Source of the DNA: an uncultured Rhodopirellula sp. | Lineage (GTDB): Bacteria; Planctomycetota; Planctomycetia; Pirellulales; Pirellulaceae | Assembly (NCBI GenBank): GCA_964007735.1 | Contig: CAXGAI010000001.1 | Location: 45,798 to 65,797 of the forward strand | Direction: 5' to 3' | DNA: 20,000 nt | Shown: positions 1-7,980 of the stretch, piece by piece | Layout: each line of letters begins with the position of its first letter | Numbering within the stretch: position 1 is the stretch's first letter | The notes under the pieces: generated by a model | Seen by the model: the letters and a program-made list of their open reading frames with translations, nothing else | What the model was told of the DNA's origin: nothing | The model's database searches: none | Position numbers and translations under genes: made by a program

Positions 1-1625
1 CGTTAACAAAACAAAATCCGGAAGTGGATCCGACGCTGCTGTTTTATCGTGGTGATTATCGCCAGCCCCAGCAGGAAATAGCTCCCGGTGGTCTTACTGT
101 TGCGGCACCGGCGGACAGTCCATTTCAGATTAAGGATAATCCGGAAGGAGCACAGACTACAGGGCGTCGTTTGCAATACGCTCGCTGGTTAACAAGTGGC
201 CGGCATCCGTTGGTGGCTCGGGTATTAGTCAATCGTTTTTGGATGCATCATTTTGGCACTGGTATCGTTGATACACCGGGCGAATTTGGGCTGCTCGGTT
301 CACTGCCAACCCAACCGGAAGTTCTGGATTGGCTCGCGGATGAATTCATGGCCAAAGGGTGGAGTCTCAAACACCTTCACCGCGTCATTATGACCTCGAC
401 TGTTTACATGCAGCAATCCAAACGCACTCTGGATGCAGATCAAATTGATGGCGGAAATCAGATGTATTCCCACTTTCCCGTAAAGCGACTTGATGCAGAA
501 GCTATTCGAGATTCTATTCTTGCAGTTAGCGGAAAGCTCGATACAACAACGTTTGGCGCGCCAGTGATGGTCGAAAAAGATACATCCGGGCAGGTCATTA
601 TTAACGGTGAAGTTCAGCGTCGAAGTGTCTATCTGCAAATGAAAAGGACGGAGCCGATTGCAATTCTTAAAGCGTTTGATGCTCCAGCGATGGAAATTAA
701 CTGTACAAAGCGAGATAGTTCGACCGTAGCAACCCAATCGCTCATGTTAATGAATAGCGACTTTATCCTTCGTTATGCAGACTTCTTTGCGGCCCGCTTA
801 AATCAGGAGGCACAAGGAAAAATAGAATCTTCTGTTATTGAAGGATTGAACTTAGAACTTGGTGAAAACGCATTAGTAAACTCAGATCCATGGTCTTACG
901 GATATGGGGAAATCAGTGATGCTAAAGAAGGTGAAATTGCGAACGTTACGTTCACCCATTTCCCGTTTTATGGGAGCGATACATGGAAGGGTGGAGCGAA
1001 AGTGCCTGATGAGCAAATTGGATTTTCATTTCTAAATAAGACCTCCGGTCATACGGCCTCGAAAGGCTTCAGTCCTATTCGGCGATGGACCTCTCCGGTT
1101 ACCGGGAAAGTTCAAATTAAAGGCAATCTTCATCACCCATCAGATAATGGTGACGGTGTACGCCTTACTCTTTACAGTAGTCGTTTAGGAGTACTCGGAC
1201 AGTGGTCTGCAAAAACAGGTGGTGTGGATTACGAGGTGACCGCTGAAGTGGAATCCGGAGATAGAATTGATGCGATCGTCGATATGATTGAAGACTATAC
1301 TTCCGATACCTTCTCTAACATTTACACGATCAACCAGTTGGAGTCGGCAAAGCCCGCAACGTGGATTTCAGATAAAGAATTTCACGGGCCGTTAGATAAG
1401 AGTGAGTACGAGTTGAACGCGACGATTGCGGAACAAATTGCCTATGGCTGGCAGTTGGCCTATGGACGTCCACCGACACGTGAAGAAGTTCAACTTTCGA
1501 TTGAATTTATTGAGCAACAGTTAGTATTGCTGATTGCTTCTAAAAATGAATCACCATTTGAGCAGGCCATGACCAACTATTGTCAGGCATTGCTGACCTC
1601 AAATCAGTTCCTCTATATGGAATAA
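1..1625 (+). CDS. DUF1553 (PSD1) domain protein, planctomycete DUF1549/DUF1553 family; 5'-truncated by window edge
   Basis: Frame is open from position 3, so the GTG at 24 is internal. Family motifs: GRRLQYARWL, HPLVARVLVNRFWMHHFGTGIVDTP, PEVLDWLADEF, WSLKHLHRVIMTSTVYMQ, RLDAEAIRDSIL, RRSVY, FDAP, QSLMLMN, and C-terminal AYGRPP...QALLTSNQFLY. Followed by the usual DUF1501 partner. Confidence 0.93.
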   Translation, partial: LTKQNPEVDPTLLFYRGDYRQPQQEIAPGGLTVAAPADSPFQIKDNPEGAQTTGRRLQYARWLTSGRHPLVARVLVNRFWMHHFGTGIVDTPGEFGLLGSLPTQPEVLDWLADEFMAKGWSLKHLHRVIMTSTVYMQQSKRTLDADQIDGGNQMYSHFPVKRLDAEAIRDSILAVSGKLDTTTFGAPVMVEKDTSGQVIINGEVQRRSVYLQMKRTEPIAILKAFDAPAMEINCTKRDSSTVATQSLMLMNSDFILRYADFFAARLNQEAQGKIESSVIEGLNLELGENALVNSDPWSYGYGEISDAKEGEIANVTFTHFPFYGSDTWKGGAKVPDEQIGFSFLNKTSGHTASKGFSPIRRWTSPVTGKVQIKGNLHHPSDNGDGVRLTLYSSRLGVLGQWSAKTGGVDYEVTAEVESGDRIDAIVDMIEDYTSDTFSNIYTINQLESAKPATWISDKEFHGPLDKSEYELNATIAEQIAYGWQLAYGRPPTREEVQLSIEFIEQQLVLLIASKNESPFEQAMTNYCQALLTSNQFLYME

Positions 1626-1629
1626 GATA

Positions 1630-3081
1630 ATGACCAAACAAGGTATTCAGACAGGTTTTACTCGACGCGGGTTTTTACGCGAAAATGCGATGGGTTTAGG
1701 CATCGTTGCCCTGGCGTCGTTGTTGGAAGATGAAAAATTACTGGGTGTTCCCCGTAATGTGAAACTAGAACCTCAAAAGTTTGACCTGACAGCTAAGCAG
1801 CCTCACTTTGAGCCGAAAGCTAAGGCGATGATTTCGCTATTTCAGCATGGTGGCCCATCGCATATGGACCTATTCGATCCGAAGCCGGAATTAACACGGT
1901 TAGACGGCAAGACGTACGACGGTGACGTTGGCTTTAGCTTTATCAAGCGGGCGACCAAGGTGTTGAAGGGCACACCGTTCAATTTTAGTAAACATGGTGA
2001 AGCCGGTACGGAAATGTCAGAGCTGATCCCTCATATAGGCTCTATCGCGGATGATATCTGCCTAATTCGGTCGATGCATACCGGCTTCAATGGCCATGAA
2101 GTCTCCATTCGTTATATGAATGCCGGGATTGCCGGAGTGACCGGTCGCCCTGCTCTAGGTAGTTGGGTTACCTATGCATTAGGTAGTGAAACTCAGAATC
2201 TTCCGGCGTATATGGTACTCACAGACCCAGGTGGTCATCCGGTCGATTCAACTCATAATTGGTCCAATGGCTGGATGCCCTCGATTTATCAGGGGACCGT
2301 ACTCCGACCAAAAGAGCCACGTATTCTTAATCTTGATGCTCCGGAGCATCTTCGCGGTAGTGTCCAGGCGTCGAATTTGACCTTTCTGGGTAAACTCAAT
2401 CGTCGCCATGCGGAAAAACATCCAGGAGAACATGAGTTGGAAGCGCGCATTGCAAGCTATGAGCTTGCTGCTCGAATGCAAGATGCGGCCCGAGAAGCGT
2501 TGGATATTTCAGGCGAAACAGAAGCCACTCATAAGCTTTACGGCATCGACGAGGAAGCCACGAGAGAATATGGTACCCGCTGCCTGATTGCCCGACGTTT
2601 AGTGGAGCGTGGAGTACGATTTGTACAATTGTTTCATGCCGGACAGCCATGGGATAACCACAATTCTCTCCATACTAGTTTGCCGAGTGCCTGTAAGAAA
2701 ACCGACAAGCCTTCCGCCGGCCTTGTGAAAGACCTGAAGCAGCGAGGCATGCTGGATGAAGTGCTTGTTCACTGGGGTGGTGAAATCGGTCGCTTGCCAG
2801 TTGTTGAGGGTGATCCGAAAACGGGTGGGCGCGATCACAACGGGCAGGGATTTAGCACTTGGTTGGCCGGTGGAGGAATTAAGCCTGGTATTACCTATGG
2901 CCAATCCGATGAGGTGGGTCACAAGGCGGCGGAGAACATTGTCAGGCCTAACGACTATCAGGCAACAATTTTTAAGTTGTTTGGGATCGACCATAAAGAA
3001 CTGTATTATCTTCACAACGGTCAGGAGCAAAAATTGACCGTTAGCGCGGATGCGAAAGTTGTTGAGGACATCATAGCCTGA
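1630..3081 (+). CDS. DUF1501 domain protein with twin-arginine-like signal
   Basis: N-terminal TRRGFL followed by a hydrophobic stretch. Motifs GGPSHMDLFDPKP, RSMHT, PALGSWVTYALGSE, SYELAARMQ, ARRLVERGVRFVQ, WDNH, WGGEIGRLP, GRDHN, LAGGG. Starts 4 nt after the DUF1553 stop. Confidence 0.95.
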   Translation: MTKQGIQTGFTRRGFLRENAMGLGIVALASLLEDEKLLGVPRNVKLEPQKFDLTAKQPHFEPKAKAMISLFQHGGPSHMDLFDPKPELTRLDGKTYDGDVGFSFIKRATKVLKGTPFNFSKHGEAGTEMSELIPHIGSIADDICLIRSMHTGFNGHEVSIRYMNAGIAGVTGRPALGSWVTYALGSETQNLPAYMVLTDPGGHPVDSTHNWSNGWMPSIYQGTVLRPKEPRILNLDAPEHLRGSVQASNLTFLGKLNRRHAEKHPGEHELEARIASYELAARMQDAAREALDISGETEATHKLYGIDEEATREYGTRCLIARRLVERGVRFVQLFHAGQPWDNHNSLHTSLPSACKKTDKPSAGLVKDLKQRGMLDEVLVHWGGEIGRLPVVEGDPKTGGRDHNGQGFSTWLAGGGIKPGITYGQSDEVGHKAAENIVRPNDYQATIFKLFGIDHKELYYLHNGQEQKLTVSADAKVVEDIIA

Positions 3082-4289
3082 TGGGATTCCCCGAAAAGCT
3101 GCTAACGATTTGCGTTCTAGTATTGAGTGTCGTTAATTGCTCCGCTCAGGATATTCCGGAGGTATCCTCCGACAACATTCACCTGCGGGGTAGTCTGACT
3201 AATAGTAAGTTGGTGTTTGAACAGTCGGGTAAAGGGCATGTTGCTTGCATTGGTGGCAGCATCACCCAAATGAACGGTTATCGCCCCATGGTAAGCGCAT
3301 TTCTGGAACAGCGATTCCCCGATACAGAGTTTGAGTTTACGAATGCGGGGATATCATCCACCTGTTCCGTGACGGGTGCCCATCGGTTGACGCGGGATGT
3401 CTTGTCAAAAGGCAATGTGGACCTGCTTTTCATTGAGTTTGCGGTGAATGATGATCAGGACGCAGGACATGATATGACACATGCTGTCCGGGGCATGGAA
3501 GGACTTCTGGCTCAAGCGCGACGGCATAACCCCAAGGCCGACATCATTGTGACCCATTTTGCTAATCAATCGATGATGAATTCGATTCGTCGCGGTGAGA
3601 CGCCGATTCCGATAGTGGCCCATAATCGAGTGTGTGAGCACTACCAAATTTCAACGATTGATCTCTGCGCCGAACTTGTGCAGTTGATTGACGATGAGAA
3701 AACGACCTGGGACTTGTATGGGGGAGTGCACCCAAAGCCTTATGGAAATGCCATTTGTACGGCGATGATCAGGAAGTTGCTGGATCGGGGGTGGGATAAA
3801 AACGTAGACAAAATGGTTGTCCACCCAACGCCGGAAAAGCTAATGGATGATGGTAGCTATGTATGGGGGCAACTCGCTGACCCCGTTGCGGCGAAGTATG
3901 ATGAGCATTGGAAAGTGTCGGTTCCGGACTGGACGGATATTCCAGGCGGCTTCAGGCAGCAATTTGCAGGGTTGCAATTATTGCACGGTGAAACAGTACA
4001 AAGTGAATTCAAATACACGTTCGAAGGGACCTCGCTTGGTGCGTATGTCTTAGCCGGACCGGACGCGGGAATACTAGAGGTTCACGTAGATGGCAGCGAG
4101 ACGCGGCATACAGTCAACCTCTTTCATCGTCACAGCAGAGGACTTCATTATCCACGTACTGTCATGTTAGCTGAAGGCTTGAAGGCTGGTCGACATACGA
4201 TCACCGTGCGTATTGATTCATCTCGGGATGCACAAAGTCGGGGCTCAGCAGTCCGGATCTTAAATTTCGCAACCAATGCGAAACGCTAA
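3081..4289 (+). CDS. Secreted SGNH/GDSL hydrolase with C-terminal beta-sandwich domain
   Basis: Block I IGGSIT, block II NAGISST, block III EFAVND, block V GVHP. N-terminal signal peptide. Beta-rich C-terminus (FEGT...GPDAGILEVHVDG...GRHTITVRI). TGATG stop/start overlap with DUF1501. Confidence 0.88.
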   Translation: MGFPEKLLTICVLVLSVVNCSAQDIPEVSSDNIHLRGSLTNSKLVFEQSGKGHVACIGGSITQMNGYRPMVSAFLEQRFPDTEFEFTNAGISSTCSVTGAHRLTRDVLSKGNVDLLFIEFAVNDDQDAGHDMTHAVRGMEGLLAQARRHNPKADIIVTHFANQSMMNSIRRGETPIPIVAHNRVCEHYQISTIDLCAELVQLIDDEKTTWDLYGGVHPKPYGNAICTAMIRKLLDRGWDKNVDKMVVHPTPEKLMDDGSYVWGQLADPVAAKYDEHWKVSVPDWTDIPGGFRQQFAGLQLLHGETVQSEFKYTFEGTSLGAYVLAGPDAGILEVHVDGSETRHTVNLFHRHSRGLHYPRTVMLAEGLKAGRHTITVRIDSSRDAQSRGSAVRILNFATNAKR

Positions 4290-4506
4290 TGGTCAGCTTG
4301 GCGTGGTAAATCGAAATCTTTCCCGTCATGGTGATCGAGCAGATCGCGTCGATCGAAGGACCGGAGTTATTTCTTGGTAGATTTCTACCCCACCATCCTG
4401 ATTCAGAGAAGTTCAGAGAATTAGTCGTGGAACCAACTGTGCCATCTGTGTCGAGATATGTGAGAGCTCCCGGGAGACTTGGGTCTCACCGTGATTTGGA
4501 TTTAGA

Positions 4507-6063
4507 TTAGTTCCTGATGAGATCCACTTTATCTAAATAGAGTATTTGCTGCTTGGAGCCGATATCCAACTCAAGACGGACATCCATTATAGTTTCAGCA
4601 TTGTGAGTGTAGAGCTTTGTGTAGACACGAGGTTCTTTGCCAATCGTTATCCACCCACCACCCGTTTCAGCACTGTCATAAATGGAACGCATATTTTTGA
4701 CATCCTTCAACATGATCTTCATGCGACCTTTCCCATCTTCACTCGCAGCAATAAAACTAATTTTGTAAGTTTGGCCTTTGAATAGGTGTAACAATGTTCT
4801 GTCGGGGGCCCCCATGTATCCATCCTTATTTTTATACGTTTGCAGATATAATTGCCCTTCCGTATCAGCAGGCACTTTCAACTTAAGCATACTGATCCCA
4901 CTAAAAGCCATTTTCCCATAGATATATTCTCTTGAGATTTTTTCTGTGGTCAGCCGCCATGCATGATCCGGCTTGAAGAATTCACCATTAATAACCTGAG
5001 ATATTTTTGGGGACACTGCTGGTTTCACTCCAGTTAGCTTGTCCAAGACGGTCTGGTTCCAGCCTGTTTCAGAATTAAAAATACCGAATGCCCTCTGGTT
5101 GTTTTGTATTCCTGTGTACCACATGCTGCCAATGTTGTGGGCATCGAATAGGTCAACATGGTGATCCAACCATTTGTTCAAGTCTTGATTGGTCCGGTTT
5201 GGAAATAGCCAGCATCCCCATTCGGTAATAATGATTGGAATGTCTACACCGATGCTATTTTTCCAATTCACAGCATTGATTATTTCCTTTGTGATCGGAC
5301 CCTTCCATTTCAATTCCTCGTTTCCAAGCCCCATGGTCCACATCGCAAAATTAAGGCCATCCCTGTGTCCGGGGCTATAAAAATGGATCGCTACACCTGT
5401 GTTAACGTCATCATAAAACCCCTTACCACCTTCAAATTTATACGTCAGGTATTGTTCCGTCACATAAGGGTCCAAAAATTCAGAATCATTGTAGCCGGGT
5501 GCTCCAATTAGAATTGGACGGTCGGGGTCGACATCACGAATGGCTTGTACGGCAGCATTATAGAGCGGCATGACTTTCGACGCTCCTTTAGCATTTTCAA
5601 AACCAATGCCCTTAGGTTCGTTAAGTATTTCGAAAACAAGATCGTTTGGGTACTTTTCCCAAACCTCCGCCAGCTTCCTCCACTTATCTGCTATTTGCTG
5701 CTCTCCCAATTGTGGGTTTCTAGACCATACAGAAGAACCCCACATGCAAACCACGATGGCTAGTTTATTTGAGAGAGCATCTTTAATCTGTTGTTCGGTA
5801 GATTCGTAATTTGCGTGAACCGGCAGAAACACCCGAACCGAATCAAAACCGGCATCAACCGCCGCTTCAAAATGTGCTGCATCGTGTTGGATTTTTGACC
5901 ACACACCACTGTCACGACTTGCCGTATCGATATTAATACCGTTATGGAGCTTTTTGAAAACCGAGGCATTTTGGCGGGGGTTGCCTACTGGTTTCTCGTT
6001 GGAGATTCCCTGTAACGGCATGCACATTGAAACGACCAACAAACCGATAAATTTCGGAACCAT
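4507..6063 (-). CDS. Glycoside hydrolase family 5 (cellulase-like) with C-terminal CBM4/9-like module; secreted
   Basis: GINI, AGFDSVR, acid/base FEILNEP (NEP at 5614-5622), IHFY, nucleophile IITEWG (E at 5221-5223). C-terminal domain framed by VINGEF and LYLDKVDL. ATG at 6063 chosen because it follows the upstream stop by 4 nt and begins a signal-like peptide. Confidence 0.88.
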   Translation of the reverse strand: MVPKFIGLLVVSMCMPLQGISNEKPVGNPRQNASVFKKLHNGINIDTASRDSGVWSKIQHDAAHFEAAVDAGFDSVRVFLPVHANYESTEQQIKDALSNKLAIVVCMWGSSVWSRNPQLGEQQIADKWRKLAEVWEKYPNDLVFEILNEPKGIGFENAKGASKVMPLYNAAVQAIRDVDPDRPILIGAPGYNDSEFLDPYVTEQYLTYKFEGGKGFYDDVNTGVAIHFYSPGHRDGLNFAMWTMGLGNEELKWKGPITKEIINAVNWKNSIGVDIPIIITEWGCWLFPNRTNQDLNKWLDHHVDLFDAHNIGSMWYTGIQNNQRAFGIFNSETGWNQTVLDKLTGVKPAVSPKISQVINGEFFKPDHAWRLTTEKISREYIYGKMAFSGISMLKLKVPADTEGQLYLQTYKNKDGYMGAPDRTLLHLFKGQTYKISFIAASEDGKGRMKIMLKDVKNMRSIYDSAETGGGWITIGKEPRVYTKLYTHNAETIMDVRLELDIGSKQQILYLDKVDLIRN

Positions 6064-6067
6064 CGAT

Positions 6068-6880
6068 TTAATTCTTGGTGAGAATACAACGCAGACCAAC
6101 GGCATCGTCTGTTAAATCTGCCGCAACAACGTAACGATAACTACTTGTGAGCTTGTCGGCTTTGTCTTTCCAACTACCGCCGCGCAGAATACGTGTCTTT
6201 CGATCCTTTTCGATATGGGCACTGCCGTCGTTGGGGGCATTCTTATAAGATTCGCTTCCCGTATCAGTGCACCATTCCCATAAGTATCCGTGTATATCAA
6301 ATAGACCCCAGGCATTTGGTTTCTTTACACCTACAGGTGGATCGTTCCCGGCAGCATTGCCGGTAAACCAGCCGTAGTCCCCAAGCAGCTTTTCGTCGTC
6401 GCCAAAACTGTAATCAGTTTTGGTACCCGCCCGAGCGAAATATTCCCATTCGGCCTCCGAAGGCAGGCGTATCTCCTGATCTTTGTCAATCAGCTTTGCC
6501 AATTGCATCATTTTGGTTGCTGTTGTACAAAACTTTTGAGCATCCTCGAATGTTAGTTCTTCAACGGAGTTACGGGGGCCTTTCCAGCGGGAAGGATTGC
6601 TACCCATGACCGCTTCCCACAGATTTTGTGGCACTTCATATTTTGCCACATAGAAGGAATAGTCAAAACTGACTTTGTGTTTCGGTGTTTCTCTCTCCGC
6701 CTTGCCTCCCATTTCATACGATTTGGGGAACTTGCCTTGTCCCGGCGTGATGAGAACGAATTCACGGTGAAACGTTTTTAGCAACTTTTGCTGAGTTTCG
6801 GTGAGTTCTTCGGCGTTCGTCATCGTAGTGAGTAGGAGTGGACAGAAAGCTGCCCAAAAGAGAGTTCTAATAGAGGGCAC
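6068..6880 (-). CDS. Formylglycine-generating-enzyme (SUMF1/FGE-sulfatase) fold protein, probably secreted and non-catalytic
   Basis: Motifs ETPKHKV, KYEV, RLPSEAEWEYFARAG, PVGVKKPNAWGLFDIHGYLWEWC, RGGSW, GLRC. GTG at 6880 lies directly after the floA stop and begins a signal-like peptide. The longer ORF call to 7054 overlaps floA. Confidence 0.9.
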   Translation of the reverse strand: MPSIRTLFWAAFCPLLLTTMTNAEELTETQQKLLKTFHREFVLITPGQGKFPKSYEMGGKAERETPKHKVSFDYSFYVAKYEVPQNLWEAVMGSNPSRWKGPRNSVEELTFEDAQKFCTTATKMMQLAKLIDKDQEIRLPSEAEWEYFARAGTKTDYSFGDDEKLLGDYGWFTGNAAGNDPPVGVKKPNAWGLFDIHGYLWEWCTDTGSESYKNAPNDGSAHIEKDRKTRILRGGSWKDKADKLTSSYRYVVAADLTDDAVGLRCILTKN

Positions 6881-6881
6881 G

Positions 6882-7880
6882 TTATTTACCTTGTATTTCA
6901 ATATTTCCGGTACGAAAGGCTTCAGCCATTGCCTTAGGGACTTCGGCTTCTGCCTGTATGAGGCTAGCTTGTTTGCCAATGACTTCAGCTTTTTGCTCCT
7001 GTTCAACGGCGATAGCTTCGGCTCGTCGCTGCTCGGCTTTGGCACGGGCGACACGGGTATCCGCTTCGGCCTGATCTACCTGCAGACGTGAGCCAATATT
7101 TTCACCAACGACGGCTCCCGCGATATCAATCGAGACAATTTCAAAGGCAGTCTGAGAATCCAAGCCTCGTTCCAGCACCGCTTTGGTGATCATGCCAGGG
7201 TTCTGGAGCACATCTGAGTGCAGTGTAGCCGAACCAATCGCAGAGATAATACTTTCGCCAACTCGGGCGATAATGGTCTCTTCGGTTGCACCCCCGATCA
7301 ATTGTTCAAGATTGGTACGAACCGTGACTTGTGCATGTACTTTGAGCTCGACGCCGTCTTTGGCCACGGCACTAAGAGATTCTTTACCACTACGTTGGGG
7401 ATCCGGGCAGCTAATGACTTTTGGATCTACACTCGTACGGACAGCCTCAACTACATCACGGCCGGCCAGATCAATTGCAGCGGCTTGATCAAATTCAAGC
7501 GCAATGCCTGCGTTCTTGGAAGCGACCAACGCCTCAATAATATTACCTACATTTCCACCCGCAAGATAATGTGCTTCCAAACTGTTTGTTGTCACAAACG
7601 TACCATCAAAGCTGGCGCCTTTAGGAAGATCTCGTTCCGTCTTTAACTGCGCCTGAACAGCCTTGATTTTGGCTTTCATGATGGCTTTTTGATTAACCTG
7701 ACGGAGACCCATGATTACTAATTCAATCAAACCGATCTGAGCTCCACAGTTATACCCTTCCCACCATAACGCTCCATATTTTAGCGTCACGATTAGGAGG
7801 CCGAGCATAAGAATGACGACAATGCCGAGGCCTGCGATTTGACCAATAGCTGTATCAGCAATCAGGTAGAGAAAATTCAT
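6882..7880 (-). CDS. floA: Flotillin-like protein FloA (YqfA/UPF0365)
   Basis: N-terminal TM helix. LEAHYLAGGNV, AAAIDLAGRDVVEAV, GGATEETIIARVGE, GLDSQTAFEIVSIDIA, DQAEAD, AEAEVPKAMAEA. Confidence 0.93.
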   Translation of the reverse strand: MNFLYLIADTAIGQIAGLGIVVILMLGLLIVTLKYGALWWEGYNCGAQIGLIELVIMGLRQVNQKAIMKAKIKAVQAQLKTERDLPKGASFDGTFVTTNSLEAHYLAGGNVGNIIEALVASKNAGIALEFDQAAAIDLAGRDVVEAVRTSVDPKVISCPDPQRSGKESLSAVAKDGVELKVHAQVTVRTNLEQLIGGATEETIIARVGESIISAIGSATLHSDVLQNPGMITKAVLERGLDSQTAFEIVSIDIAGAVVGENIGSRLQVDQAEADTRVARAKAEQRRAEAIAVEQEQKAEVIGKQASLIQAEAEVPKAMAEAFRTGNIEIQGK

Positions 7881-7980
7881 CGTAGTGTTCCAATATTACG
7901 TGTGTTGACAGCTTTGATAATACCGTATTCGCTATAAGGAATCCAAGCAATTCGAGGCTTGAAGAATAGGTAAGCTCTAA

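Noticed and set aside
4328..4510. 60-aa ORF on the plus strand
   Set aside because: No recognisable motif or RBS; it runs through repeat-like sequence and overlaps the GH5 stop.
6068..6200. FGE-fold C-terminus as the variable region of a diversity-generating retroelement
   Set aside because: I found no template-repeat copy of this segment and no reverse transcriptase or Avd gene in the window. A remote DGR cannot be excluded from this window alone.
6881..7054. N-terminal extension of the FGE ORF
   Set aside because: It overlaps conserved floA sequence in another frame; the GTG at 6880 gives a signal peptide and tight coupling.
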